Source: Octopus sinensis (Eukaryota). From it: a stretch of 64,000 bases of DNA. The translations under genes were made by a program, and so were the position numbers. The DNA is taken from positions 146,444,001 through 146,508,000 of the forward strand of contig NC_043000.1 of NCBI RefSeq assembly GCF_006345805.1. Direction: 5' to 3'. Of this stretch, positions 25,430 through 40,214 are shown piece after piece; positions within the stretch are counted from its first letter, which is position 1; each line of letters begins with the position of its first letter. The notes under the pieces were generated by a model that saw only the letters and a list, made by a program, of their open reading frames with translations, made no database searches and had not been told where the DNA came from.

Positions 25430-26075
25430 CGGTGGAGTAAAACGTCCAGACGATGAGCGTATGGAACGGAGAAGGTTACAAGTGTTTGTGTTTTACAATT
25501 TGGCCACATGCTGAAGGCTAAGATGAAGGAAAAGATTTCTGCTGAATATACCAAATGAGTGAAAAAGCTATGCAGAATCAAGGTGAATGACAAAACCAAT
25601 TCAGAGGCATCAAAGCTTAATCTGTAGGCGTGGTCCGCTACTGCACGAGAGTCGTGTCATGGAGGAAGGAAGATCTGACCATCATGGACAGAAAAAAAAC
25701 TAGGAAGATAAAGACCATGCTCGGGTGCCTTCGTACAAAACTAAATGTAGCAAGGCTTTATTTACCCAGGAAGGTGGAAGAATATTAGTTAAATAGAGAA
25801 TAACGTTACGGAGGAAATCAAGTCCTTGCATACTTATTTGAAAGAAAACGATGAAGAGTGTTGCAGGCTGCACTGCGTGAGGAGGTGATCAGTGAGCACA
25901 AAATGAAGACTAATGATGGAAAGGTTATCAACTGGAAAGAGAAAATCCTACACGGAGGGTTTTTCCAAAAAACATCGGATATCCATGTCTTAACAATCGA
26001 GGAGATGGTTAAAACATGGATTTTAAGGGGGACAGAAGGATTGATCTTACTACAAGCAAAGTTTATCATTGCAGG
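25430..26075 (+). pseudogene. Degraded R4/Dong-like LINE fragment (post-RT region)
   Basis: Hand translation across frameshifts: MKEKISAEY, VVSWRKEDLTIMDRK, NVARLYLPRK, WKEKILHG, TEGLI. Confidence 0.7.
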
Positions 26076-26853
26076 ATTTGAAACCTAAAACTAAAAACCA
26101 CAACAAATATCGTAAAGCATTTTCTGTGACGGTGCAACAATAATTTAGGCAAATAATTTAGGAGTGGAGTTAGTTGATTAAATTTTCCCCAGTACCTTGA
26201 GTGATACTTATTTGACCGATTTCGAAATTACGAAAGGCAAAGCTGATCTCCATGGAGTTTCAACTCAGAAAATAGATAATGTAACTATATTCTATATAAC
26301 AGTTAACTGATGCTCGAACAATTCTGCCAATCCACTAATAACCAACAAAAGAAAAAGAAGAATTGAATCAGCTGATTTACATTTTTTAGTTCCATTCTAA
26401 CGAATAATTAATTACTGCTTCAATGACATTAATAACGTTAAAACACACAAAAAAAGAATTATTAAGTATTAACATAGAAAACAAGAAAAGAAAACGTTAG
26501 TTTTAATGTTCACAATTTAATGTTGTTGAATATCGCTTTGGTTTAACTCTTCAAAAAATTAGGAGTTCGTCGTGTAGAAAAGCTATTCTTATATAATTTT
26601 GTAGTTATGATACTTAAGTATTCTTATAACGCTCCATCAATTACATAAAACCATCATATATCTCAATTATTGGTTAAAAACATAAAACTAAAATAAGAAA
26701 GGATTCCAAATATTAAACCATTTTTTCTTCGACAATTTATTTGGCAGATAGAACAAAAAATAGAAAAAAAAAGACATTTATATTGATCGTTGAACCTATT
26801 TTTAACTTTGTTTATTGTTGTTGGAATGACGATGATGACACTAGCAGAAGCAA

Positions 26854-26910
<57 letters not shown>

Positions 26911-26983
26911 TATAATAATAATAACAATAATAATAATGATAATAGTAATAGTAATAGTAATGATAATAATAATAATAATAATA

Positions 26984-27072
<89 letters not shown>

Positions 27073-27086
27073 GTAATAATAATAAT
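26854..27086 (+). repeat. (AAT)n microsatellite
   Basis: Direct reading. Confidence 0.95.
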
Positions 27087-27109
27087 GACGATGATGATGG
27101 TTATAATTA

Positions 27110-27760
27110 TTTGATGAAAACTCTCAGCTTATTTCGCTGGGTATGATGGAAAGTGTCAGCTGTCGACAGTCAGCAGACAAAGGTGACACTTGTTTATTGA
27201 TCATGCGTCAAGAACCCGGTGTAGAACTTTTACAGTTCCAAGCAATGAGGATTTTTGTAGGTGTTCTGTCTTTATATTTGTACCGATCTTTTTGAGCCAT
27301 GTTGGTAGCTGAGTGCTGATACTTACAAGCGAGTCAGTCATTACTGGTATTACGTCCTCTCTCTTCATTGCTCACAACCTTCGTGTTTCCCACTTTAAAT
27401 CGTCGTAGTTGCTCAGTTTTACTTCTTTCTCTTTATTTCTATTGTTACTGGGATACGCCATGTCGAATATCATGCATGTATTTTCTTTCTTGTTAACCAG
27501 AACAATGTCAGGTTTTCGATGTGTGATCTGATGGTCACAATAAATCATTGCATCCCACAGGATTTTACTGTCCTCATTCTCGGTTACTCCTTCTCGGATT
27601 TGGTCATGCCACTTCTTTGCTCTGTGTCGGCTGTAATCTCCACAGAACTCCCAATGGATCATTCTTGCGGAGTGCTGCTGAGGTGTGCAGCATTGTTTGT
27701 GTGTGTGTGTTTTGGTGGGTGGGGATTGCAAACTCTCATCGGTATTGTATTGTGTCTGTT
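27110..27760 (-). pseudogene. Degraded R4/Dong-like LINE 3' end (RLE domain)
   Basis: KILWD...HRKPDIVLVNK...CMIFDMAYP...YDDLKWE; C-terminal KSSLLGTVKVL. Confidence 0.85.
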
Positions 27761-27949
27761 TGTTTTATTATGGGGACTGGTTGCACTATTTTGTTGTATT
27801 AAAGTTTGTATTGTATGCTGTATGTCTGTAATGTGAATTGTGTCGGGTATCCGGCCATTAGAGTACATTTTGTGGTGGTTGTTTATGTTATCGTATATTT
27901 ATTATAAAGAGTGTGTCTTGTGTTTCTGAGCTGTTTTGTTTTGGTTGTT

Positions 27950-29100
27950 TTATTGAATTGACAGTGTCTGGCGCAGGATGTGAGCTTTTCCTAGCAGGGT
28001 TATTTCTTGGATAATATGCTGTGTTGAGCTGCTGCGTTTCTGTTCAAACGTTTTTTATTGTATCATACTCAATACTCCAATAGGTGCCGGTATTATTTGC
28101 ACCTCCATACTCCACATCCTGATTACTTAAATTTCGGGGTCTTTGTGCTTTGACAATTTCTACACTTCTTTTCGGGCAATATTTTGGTCAGAATGGAGAA
28201 CAATTTCTATCAGTAAGCAGGTGTTTTTTCCCCAATCCTTGATTATTATGCCTAAGCGAGTAGCTTCTCCTTCTATCCCAGATGATTGTGGCCTGGCCGT
28301 TGTTATGTATCTCCTTTGGTACATGTTTATATCATTTCTTGTTATTTTTTATGACGTAGTGTTAGCGTATTTCTAATGAATATAACTACTTACTCTGTCG
28401 TATTTGTATATATAATCAGATTTGGCAAGGAGTGGACGGCCAGAGATTATGGGGTCAACTGTCTCATTGTGCTGGTTGCATATTCCGCATTTGGTGTTAG
28501 GGCTTGTTTTTATTAGTTTGCTTTTATAGTTGTTTGTCGTCAGTTTTGGTCGTGTGCAGAGAGAATCAGTCCTTCCGCTTCAACTTTTAGTCTACTGTTT
28601 TATGAGACACTATTGGCTTTTACTTAGGCTCACTTCTCTGTCAAGCTTTGCAGGGTATTAGCCATGAAGTAATTTTCATCCGCCATTTCTTCTTAAGTAT
28701 TTTTTTGTAGTTCTCTTTTCATGTTGTTGTTTTTTTTTATCCCTTTGACCATTTCTGCTGTGTTGTCATTTGAAATCAGTGTATCAGTAGTATATTTTTG
28801 TTTTATATTTTGTCGCCTCCTTGTGTACAGGGAAAAGAATTTTCTTTTTTGTTGTGTTATTTTATTACATGTAGTAGTCCCCTACTTTTTGTTTCTAAGT
28901 ACTTTTCACGCCCAACTGTTGTTATTTTATAGCAGTTCTTTATCTGTGTCAGGCCACGAGATCCTTCTTAGTGAGGTAATTATATACTGTCTGTACCTGA
29001 TTTGGGGCGGTGACTGAGGTTTAACTTAAACAGTTTCCTGAGTTTTCTAAGTTTCTCAATTCACTGATCTTCCAGTTTATCATGTTAAAGTTGTAACTTA
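27950..29100 (-). pseudogene. Second degraded R4/Dong-like LINE 3' part
   Basis: Hand translation: TCLLIEIV, EIT LLGKAHILRQTLSIQ-stop; many stops and frameshifts. Confidence 0.65.
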
Positions 29101-31239
29101 TGATTGCTTATTATCTTTATTCAACAATAATTAATAGCATCAGGAGCATTATTAATGTCAAAAGGTAATCCTGATCTCCAAATCAACGCAGAGGTTATGT
29201 TAGAACACTGAATACTACGTTATTTACCGTGAGAGGATTTCTCATATGGAAACATAGTGCATAAAGCACTCGTAATTATATGGCTGACAAGCGAGAACCG
29301 TCTGCTATAGCCGCTATAACTGCTAGATCACGTGATTTCACCCTGCTATGGGTTCGTTACTGACACATGTACAACACCACAGGTTCTTATGAGAGATCCG
29401 CTCGAGATAAAGATTACAGTATTCTGTGTTCTAGCACAATCTCCACAGTAAGAGATCAATTAATCTTGATCTCTGTTGGTATTAATACTACTTCTGACGT
29501 TCTCATTCTTTAATAAGCCAACTGGCTATTTGTGATACCAATGCTTGAATAGTCACTGATATTTTATATATCAATGACGGGAGATCTGGCTGTTATGCCG
29601 CTGCTGGACAATAACCCTACCTTCTTTCTCACTTCCAGATCCAACTTCTTAGACTGTTGCGGTAAAAAAGAAGTTGGGTTTGAATGTGAGAAAGTTGACA
29701 GGCATACTGTCACCAACACCTCATAAAAGATACCATCTTTGTATGTACGTTTTAAGAAGTCAGTCACCAGATATACAAATTTTATAACATTAAATACTAC
29801 AGCGTATCTTCTACTACTGAGAATGCATTTATTTTACTCCATTCAGTTCAAATAATATCTTGAAACTCTACTCCACTACAGTTTGATAATATAATATTCA
29901 GTTCATATATTTGCACATCATTTCATGGCATCTCCATGTTCTTTTAGATCAAGCATGGGATGCAAAGTAATCCTACATTTACACAGCATATGTATCACTG
30001 ACTTAGTTGAAATACTGTCTCACATAATAGAATTAAAATGTGTAATACTGTGTAGCATATATACACAGGTGCAACTGATAAATTTCCCATCGCAGGGAAC
30101 GACTAAATAAAAGCAATGAAATAAATAATCCAATACATAATTAGAATTCGTACTCACAGATATTCGTGACTTTTTATACTTTTCACAGCAGCATATGCGG
30201 TGAAAATTGATTATAGCTTATGGACATTGTAATAAACAGATCGGTTTTTAAGTATGAAAATAAAATAAAGACGAAACTGAGTTGCTGTATTAACAACTAG
30301 AGTAGGCTGTAATAGGATCATGAGAGAAAGGCAGAGAAACAATACCCGAGGGAGAATGTGGGCGCAAAACAGATAGTAAATTATCACATCGATGTCTTAA
30401 AATATAATCAAAATAGCTCAAGATCTGTACCAATAAAAATAAAATACTCTGATAAATAGGTCCATATTATAGAATGAAGGAAGGGTAATAATTAAAGCTT
30501 AAGTGGCAAAGAATAATATCAATCTATTTTGATATAATATTCTTATAAAAAATACCGTATCTGGGGAAATATAGGGAAATATAACTTAATCAATTAAATA
30601 AAGGGATCAACATTAAGTACTTTAAAACAATATTAATTTCAATAGCAAAATTATCGCTTCATTCTTACTAATTTCCGACACCGAATCCAATCCTACAATA
30701 GTTACCCTGCAATTTCTATCGAAATAGAAATATTCAAGTCAATGTTTACAAAAGTATGAAATGAGTGGTTAAAAACACTCCATTTATGAAATGAACGTTT
30801 TAAAAAAAAAATCTACTTTTATCAACATATAATTTTTTCCTATATCTGGTTTGGGAAATAAGATCGTAATAAAGTATCATGGTAACTCAAATATATTTTA
30901 TATGAAACAAAAATATTAACACAAAGTGCTCATTTTTATTTTCATATAAAGTTTCTAACTCTCTGAGTGTAACATTTAATTAATTACTTAGTGTGAAATT
31001 AATTGATAAACACTTGTAAGAGAAAAGGAGGATACAAGGTATTTTTGTTACCAAGGTGAAGTAAACGATGACATCATATAATTCTAATATCCATATTAAA
31101 TAATGGATTTCTTTGAATATGTATGCAGACACAGGATGACTGTATTAATTTCCAGCTGCCCGTATATACATGTGTATTTGCATATATGTGTACTCTGTTT
31201 TAAAATTACACATTTTCCCTCTTCATGTACATCCATCGG

Positions 31240-31456
31240 TGGATGCGCCTGGCTTAGTGGTTAGGGTGTTGGATTCATGATCGTAAGATTGTGGTTCCGA
31301 TTCTTGGACCGGTGATGTGTTGTGTTCTTGAGCAAAATACGTCATTTCACGTTGCTCCAGTCCACTCAGCTGGCAAAAGTGAGTAACGCTGCGATGGACC
31401 CGCGCCCCTTCCAGTCGGGGAATATATACGTCATGGCGTCCGGCCCTGAGTCGGTA
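31240..31456 (+). mobile_element. tRNA-derived SINE family 5 (head/body H2, tail T3)
   Basis: TGGCTTAGTGG A-box, GGTTCCGATTC B-box-like, body TTCTTGAGCAA...TTTCACGTTGCTCCAGTCCACTCAGCTG. Confidence 0.75.
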
Positions 31457-31644
31457 TAACATAATATTCTTACAAAAATATATATACACACAGTACCAGT
31501 CTCCCCAGATCTTTCTATTTCATCTGACTTGTGAAACGGGTGACGTAAATTCAAATAAACTTTACTTATGCGTGAGTGTGTGTGTTGTATGTATGTATGT
31601 ATGTATGTATATTCATGAGTGTACATGTGAGCTTGGGTATTCTT

Positions 31645-32036
31645 TTCTATTCTAGGCACAACGCCCGAAATTTTGGGGGAAGGGCCAGTCGATTAGATCG
31701 ACCCCAATACGCAACTGGTACTTAATTCATCGACTCCGAAAATATGAAGGACAAATTCGACCTCGGCTGAATTTGAACTCAGAACGTAAAGACATTTACC
31801 GCTAAGCATTTTGCACGGCATGCTAACGTTTCTTATTTCTTTATTACCCACAAGGGGCTAAACACAGAGGAAACAAACATCAACCCCAGGGCGTAACCGG
31901 TACTTATTTAATCGACCCCGAAAGGATGAAAGGCAAGGTTGACCTCGGCAGAACTTGAACTCAGAAGGTAGCGGCAGACGAAATACTGCTAAGCATCTGG
32001 CCCGGTGTGCTAACGATTCTGCCAGCTCGCCGCCTT
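31645..32036 (-). mobile_element. SINE family 2, dimer
   Basis: Two core units with different tails. Confidence 0.85.
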
Positions 32037-34364
32037 CGTGTAAGCTTGGATGTTATCGCGTCTGTGGATTTCCATGATTTGATTTACATATATTTATACA
32101 TGTGCTTGCTAGTGTACATGAAAATATATGAATTTATTACATGATTAACTTCTAGATTGTATTACGTATGGCCCCTGTGCAATACACTCTTATGCCATCA
32201 GTGGTTTCCTATGTTAGTATATTCTACAACATTCCGTTACTAATTACCAATTTACCTTTGAAGAACTTAATCATCACTTGCTAAGAGACGAAAATAAAAT
32301 TTGGGGTTTTCAATTCCTTTCAAAGTGAGTAAAACAAAACAGCTGACTTATACTTGATCTACCGTTTGCGCAGACATTTGATGGTTTTGAAGATACAGGA
32401 CTGTATTTCGTGTGTGAAGGGATTTTGCAGTGCCAGTCACTTTCATTTCAGAAGGTCATATTATTGATTGCATTTACTTCTTTCCAATTAACACTATTGA
32501 CTCTCTAATGATCTTTGTGTTAATTTGATTTATTACGGCTCAAGTTCGATTCTCACAAACGAGTAACACAGTAAGTTGGTCTCAACTTTATTGTATTAGA
32601 ACAAATAATTCGATCCAATGAAAGACCTATAATACAGTTATTTAACTTGCTAAACCTAACAAGTATTCTTCAAAAGACTTTCGTTCAACTCAATCACAAA
32701 CGAGCCGGGATTTCACAGTAACACTTACAATGAATTATTTGACTTCAGAAATATTGAAGCCAAACGAATCTTATTTGACAATGATAAGATTAAAGGCAAG
32801 TGAAGCTTCCTGATATTTGGATATAGATTTGAGAAGAATGGAAACATAATATCCTAGGCACTTCGTTATTTTTTCTACTCCTCCTCCATGCTCCAATATT
32901 AAAGTTGATATTGTAACTTTTTACAAAATGTGTTACTAAACTAATGTGCAAAAGGCTCAAAATCTATGTTCATAATCTAAAAGTGCATGAAAATACAACT
33001 GTGCAAAGCATTGTGTGTGGTGCATTATTATTCTAAGGGTCCACTGCTCATTTTCTTATATTTGATAATTCGGTGATGCACCGCATGAGAGTTTTATATT
33101 ATCTATGGTTTTTCTTTATTTCAATAAAATGAGGTCAAACTAAGCACTATACGTTATTCTCACAGTAAATGAAGATATTCTATTCCCGAAAATATGATTT
33201 GGTCGCTCTGTTCTTACTATATCTGTGAATTTCAGTAAGATATTGTCGGGATTGAAACAGTGCCATCGTTGTGAAATATGAACAAATACATTAAAATTCA
33301 ACGAATGCGAACCATTGTTAAATCATCAAAATTTTAACAAAAGTCAAACAGAAGGTATTTAGTCAAGTGAAAATTAACTTGCATATTTTAACTGAATGAT
33401 AGAAATCAATTCAGTGTTTAATACCCTTCATGAATCGCCATCGTTTCAGATCAATGAAATTTGCTACACTTCATTAATTATCAAGTGAATTAGATGAGGC
33501 CTTTATTGGAATTCTTTGAGTAATCTAATATTTAAATCTTCACTAGTGGTTAGTATACAAATATCATAATTTAACCAAAGACTCATTTTCGCTAATTTCT
33601 AATCAAGAAAGTATTGTGTTCAATACTCTTTGAAAATGTCTGGTTTAACAAAATTACATGCTTGATAGATCCGGTTTGATTCCTTTCAATTTAGAATGTT
33701 ATATTCTTGTTGATAAAATTATTCAGCGACATATTAGCATACTGATAATGTAAAGTATTTATGACATCGAAGACGATAATTATTCCCCCTTCATGAAGAG
33801 ATGTGGTGTTAAACACAGTGTTAGAAATCGGACTTATATTTTGTAGGGCATTTAGTTCTGTAACTCACCGTTGTCATTTCAATTCATTGAAGCATCGCTT
33901 TTGTCTTGTTGCACAAAAGAGGTTATATCCAGTTTACAACCTCCGATTTAAATGAGTGATTGCATTGGTCTGTCAAACGGTCGCTTTTTTCAGTAATATG
34001 TATATACATTGCTTAAACTGATTGCGCTGTAAGTTCGCGTCCTAAACTATTTCAGAGCAAATTAGGAAATCGCTAACTAATTTCATTTATTATTTGTATG
34101 ATAATATTGTAATTAAGTATGTTAAATTTAAATGTGGGATTCAGGCAAAAACTTCTTTTGAAAGATACGAGTATTTAAATAAAAGAAGCACCTGTTTCAG
34201 AAGACATGAGTATTTAATTTTAACGAGTTTCCTGCGAAGTCACTTGAATGTTCCTTCAATGCGACCTCTTATTCCTTGAGTAACATATAGTTAGTTTTGA
34301 TTGTGTTATGTATATATACATGTGTGTGTGCGTCTGTGTGTATGAGAGTACATGTATTATGTAT

Positions 34365-34952
34365 TATGTATGTATGTATGTATGTTTGTATGTATGTATG
34401 TATGTATGTATGTATGTATGTATGTTTGTTTGTATGTATGTATGTATGTATGTATGTATGTATGTTTGTATGTATGTATGTATGTTTGTATGTATGTATG
34501 TATGTGTGTATGTATGTATGTTTGTATGTATGTTTGTATGTATGTATGTATGTTTGTATGTATGTATGTATGTATGTATGTATGTTTGAATGTATGTATA
34601 TTTGTATGTATGTATCTATGTATGTTTGTATGTATGTTTGTATGTATGTATGTATGTATGTTTGTATGTATGTATGTATGTATGTGTATGTATGAATGTA
34701 TGTTTGTATGTATGTATGTATGTATGTTTGTATGTTTGTATGTATGTTGTATGTATGTTTGTATGTATGTATGTATGTATCTTTGTATGTATGTATATTT
34801 GTATGTATGTATATTTGTATGTATGTATCTATGTATGTTTGTATGTATGTATGTATGTATGTATGTATGTATGTATGTATGTATGTATGTATGTTTGTAT
34901 GTATGTATGTATGTATGAATGTATGTATCTATGTATGTATCTATGTATGTAT
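34365..34952 (+). repeat. (TATG)n microsatellite with TTTG variants
   Basis: Direct reading. Confidence 0.95.
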
Positions 34953-35878
34953 GGGAGTACTGAACAGCAGAAGGTCTTTGGAGAAGCTCTACTTATGCAC
35001 GTGTTGCAGCCTTTAACTCCTTAAATTGTAAGAGAACCGTGTCGCATCCACATCATGGTTCTTGATACCCCTCTGCTGCTGCATTCTGGGATACTGTCTG
35101 CATCGAAACCTGCACATTTCCGGGTCGCCAACGTCTCCAGAACCAAGATCTTTGCGTCATTGTAAACATTCCGGTCCATCCTAATTTCACTTTCATTCTT
35201 CCTTGGTTAGATCCATTGTGAACGCTTCTCAACTGCTTTTACTAGTAACACAAGATCCCTGGCTCTCTTTTCTCAGAAACTGAGAACCTTTTCGTTGTAT
35301 CCGCGCTTTCACCGCTATGGTAAACACGTAGGTTAGGAAACTAGGTTAACTCAATTTAATGGGTTTAGTGTATTCTGCGTTCAGCTTGTAGATGTGAGGT
35401 TACTCCATTCAGTTCCTATAAAGCACAATTATTTTGATCTGAATAACTTGTTTTCTTAAAAGGGAATAGAGTAAAATCAATCGCTGGTCTCATACCACCG
35501 TTTGTTGATAATGTCTAGTTGATTATGATTCCATTCTGGAATGTCTGCTGTGTACACCTGTCATCCATGCCACGGAGAATACTCTACTTCTACGATTTTG
35601 TTTGTGCAGCTACTCCAGGCCTAAATTTCTTACACCATGTTTCACTGTTTTTTTTCTTATCTTAACAGGGTGGACACATAGGATTATCTTCGTCACTCCC
35701 CATTTCAATGGGTTTGTATTTGAATGTTGGAGCTCATAGATGAAGCTGACTCTCAGAAACCACCGAGCTGACGATGCGTTGCAGTACACTCTCCCACTTT
35801 GGTCATTGTCCCTGGTATGTGCACATACACACACAAACACACACAAACACACACACAAACGCACACACACACACACAT

Positions 35879-35936
<58 letters not shown>

Positions 35937-35939
35937 GTA

Positions 35940-36335
35940 TAGGCGCAGTTGTCGGTGTGTGGTAAGAAGCTTGCTTTCCAACCCCATCGTTCCAGGTTCA
36001 GTGCCACAGCGTGGCACCCTGAACAAATGTCTTCTACTGTAGCCTAGAGACGACCAAAGCACTGTGAGTGGATTTCGTGGGCGGAAACTGAAAGAAACCT
36101 GTAATATGTGTGTATGTCTGTTTATGTGTGTGTGGCTGTGTTTGTCCCCCCCCCCCATCAATGCTTGACAATTGATTATACTGTGTTTATACTCTCGTAA
36201 TTTATCAGTGTGGCTAAAGAGAACGTTAGGATAATTGCTAGGTTTACAGAGAAAAGTCTTGTTGTCGATTTATTCCACTTTGAGGAGGTGCTCCAGCATG
36301 GCCGCCATCATATGACTGAAGCAAGTATAAAAATA
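35940..36335 (+). mobile_element. SINE family 1 (diverged)
   Basis: TAGGCGCAG...GTGTGGTAAGAAGCTTGC head; GCTCCAGCATGGCCGC...TGACTGAAGCAAG tail. Confidence 0.85.
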
Positions 36336-36989
36336 AAAAATATATATACATATATGTGTGTGTGTGTGTGTATGTATGTATGTGTGCGAGTGTGTGCATT
36401 TGTGTGTGTGTGTGTGTATGTGCATATGTATGTGTGTGTGTGCATGTGTGTGCATGTGTGTCTGTGTGTGTGTGTGTCTGGTTGCGTGCGTATTCACCGG
36501 TATTGCGAAAAGCCTCTCGGCTGAATAGACGTAATTTGGTACAATTCTATATGAAATAAAGTAGTATTAAATTACATTAGCCTAGACATCTATATTTCAT
36601 ATTTAATGTATGCTAGCAGCAAAGATTTTCTTCCATGTTTTCTAGACATCGAAGGCGACAATCTCGTTAAAGCACAGCGATGTCTATAACTGCACGGCAT
36701 TGATTAAGCCCAACAACTTAACAACGTCAAAATGCATTCGGTCATCTAGCTAGTCGAAGCTGGGGCGGTTTTCGCAGGCATTGAAAATCTCTTTACTGGA
36801 GTACAGATTCCAAATCCTCTTTCTCATATGCTTCATTAGTTTCTTGAACACGATTGGTGAGTAGCAGGATGTTGCGTTAATTTACCGCTGCCTTTCTTTC
36901 GTTCTGTGGAAAGGCCTCTGTGAACATCTACCCAAGTCCCACATAAGATCTAAAGAGTTAACAACTGTAAAATTGAACTCAGTTGTAAT

Positions 36990-37850
36990 CACAAGGCCAA
37001 AAAAGCTAAGCGTCCTTTCTAAGCTAATCTAGCGTGCACCAATTACCTCCTTTAAATAGAGCTAAAGCCTCATCTCTATATAGACCAATCAGGATAATGA
37101 AATCCTTTCCGCTAAGGTGTTCAGTATATATGATCTTGTGAGGTCGTAGGCATCCGCACTGTCGGATGCTCTCATTGCCACATCGAAGGAGCCTAGTGGA
37201 CTTTTTTGTTTGACCCAGGTCGAACCTTTATTGAAAAGTAGCATTTTTTTCGTGTGTATCATTACATCTGTGTTCGTGTCACTAACGTGAGTAAAATTCC
37301 TAGCGAACATAAGCGCCTTAACTAGTAACCCTTTTGATATAGATGGATAAAAATCTACTATATTAAATTGGGTGAATCTTGCCCTTCCTCTGTCCTGGTT
37401 AGCTTAAACTATGAAATAATTTTGTTGGTATTACGCCATAAGGATAGACTGGATATCCTCCTTATGTCGTCGTTGACCTTTCTCCGTACACGCTTGCCGG
37501 CCAGTCCCAATTCCGACTTAGCTAAGTTAACCAGGGGGAACTTGGGGCTGGAGGCAAATTTGGTCTGTGCACGTTGATGGTGATAAAGGTATTTCTCTTA
37601 GCTAACGCTTCCATCCTATCGGCTCTCCCTAGACTGTTGGCTTCGTTGCATATATTATTGTAGGTGTGGGGGAAGATCGTCTATAACTTTGTGTGGTGCT
37701 ATTCTCTAACAGCTTATCCAGTTCGCAGATGACTATATAGTTTTTGTTTAATCAGAAACCAGTAAGGCCATATTGGAATATTTTAGTTGACGTATATAGG
37801 AGGAAAGCTTGCTGTCACAAGGGCTAGAGAACTTACGGAATATCGTTTTG
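36990..37850 (+). pseudogene. Highly degraded reverse transcriptase, possibly Penelope-like
   Basis: Motifs in RT order across frameshifts: PITS (~37038), LVT/FDID (~37322), PIGSP (~37615), QFADDYIVF (~37719). Confidence 0.4.
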
Positions 37851-40151
37851 GGGATGATGACCAGTAGGGCTGCCGCGAAGACCTCACGTCCTTGATCTAG
37901 AGTTGATGCTGTAAAAGCTTCACGAGTGTTCTGGCTTGGTCATAGAAGCATGCGTTATGACTTAAGTGCCAGAATGCTCGATAATATTCTTGAGTAGCTT
38001 TCTCGTGTAGAGCTCATTTGATGGTGCGGGTATTTTTTTTTTTTTTTGAGTAACGAAGATCGTTAATTCTATAGGATCTGTGAACTAATGACTGATTCTT
38101 AGCCCCCCCACCCACCCACTTCCAGTGGTAGCATGTATTGCAATTGGCCATCATATGGTTTGTGTTGTATAGCTGCCCCGCCGGTTGTACGCATATACAT
38201 AGTCATGAAATTTACTCTCATTACGGAGATGGCATTATACGATCTTGGTTACTCAACGAAACATAACTTTGCGTAAATTATGTACATGTGAATTATTATA
38301 TATTTATATTCAACTGGATTGTTTTCTTAACAAAACATTAAAAAAAATGCAGCTTTTGCGATACCAAACATGTGTTCATTAAGTGTCTCGTTTCAATAAA
38401 TGATTGCTGTAACACTGCACATTTGTGCAAATTCTTGACTGAACATAATAGTATGTACGTTTTCATGCTATCTTCTTTGCTATTTGAACTTTACACCGAT
38501 TTAAGCTTTGTCAGCTATACCACCTCTCTCTTCTGTAAATCGGTAAACCATATGGCAATGCACACTTGAGCACGTTTATAACCTCAGCTACTGAACTTCT
38601 TGTACGCATTATTGTAGAGAAGTTTATCTAAACTCAAAATGGACATATTTTATAAGTTTTCTAGCCTCACACTTTCGTAACTAACAGACAAAATACCTCA
38701 CCTATAACTATTATTTGTAATACGTAACGAATCATATTGCTTACTCTGCATATAATAACCATATAATAACCATATGTACAGCCATATAATGACGGGAGAA
38801 TTGTACAAATGATATATGTCCCTGATCTTCATGCAAAAGGTTTTTTTTTTATTTTATTGTATCGCCTCACGATTATCTGAGATTCCTAGATATAAATCTT
38901 TCAATCAGATCTATTGTAACTAACGGACTATATTACAAAATATTTCATAATACAATGTATTGAGTACTCTGATTTTGATTGCATAAATTACTGTACCCTA
39001 TTAAACATGCGCATACATGTGTGTACGTGTGTGCGAGTGTTTTATTTAGATACCGATCGATCTGAAACAGTTAAATATTTAATCTTATCCAGGAAATTGG
39101 TACATTAAGATTTGAGATCTGAGCGGTTGACTTCAGTAAAAAAGTTAAAATGAAAACATGTTTCTTCTGGAGGTAATCGTTATGTGTCAGGTAAAAGACA
39201 ATAAACAGTAGCGAAAGCTGCTGTAATTGAAATTATCAACCGAACGAAAACACACGCAATAAATGTGCATCTCTTTAACTATTTGCATAATTCTCTCTAA
39301 TTGAAGCTCAATAAAAACACAAATCACGAAGAAACGCACCATCTTTGGACATTCTGGCCACAAGTGCTTATTAAAAACCAAATATGAACTGATTGTACAT
39401 AATCTTCAAAGCATCCTCCGAAACCGCCTTCTTATTACACAAATTTCTTCCTTCAATGTATGTGAGTCATTATCTACGTGTCTGTAATTCATTCTCGCTT
39501 TCACTCACTTTTTCTCTCTCTCTGTCTGTTTCACATTCTTTCTCTTATATTTTTCTCTCTCCATCTCTGCCACTGATATTCTTTCATTTCTTCGCAGTGC
39601 TAAGGCTATAATTTATAGCGTTTTATTTTTCATCTCAACACATAATATTATATGCTCCTTAACTTAATCCTATGCTTTGAGGTATATTTTATTTCCAAAA
39701 GCAAAGATTTAATTAGCCTCGTAGGATTTGTTTTTGTTATATTGGTAGTTAAAAGAACCAAACCATGGATACGATATCATAGGAAATGTCCAATGATTTA
39801 AAGATAAGACGTAGGAAGGTGTGGAGAGAAATGGCCTTCATTCTGAAAGTTAATTCTCTCTCCATTTTCAAGTGTGTAAGTTGATTTGGGTCAATGTGAT
39901 TTGGAGCAATAAATTTTAAATTATATAGCCAACTCTCGAAATATTACATAAATATTCTGTTGGGAATGGGATTAGAAAATTTAAGATGGTAGATTTCGCA
40001 GTGATCGCAGTAAGTGTATGTATATGTGCACACCGGCACTCACTTATATATACACATATTCATACATACGTGTCTATATACATACACGCATATAGGTACT
40101 GGTATATGCATATACATATGTATATATATACATATATATATACACAGACCC

Positions 40152-40214
<63 letters not shown>

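Noticed and set aside
34297-35024. Long MYVC/YIHT-type ORFs here, at 61668-62293 and in TA/CA tracts
   Set aside because: Microsatellite translations.
35040-35720. Possible RTE-like LINE remnant on the minus strand (also 29564-29767)
   Set aside because: Only faint motif echoes (RWYE, LDLEV); too weak to call.
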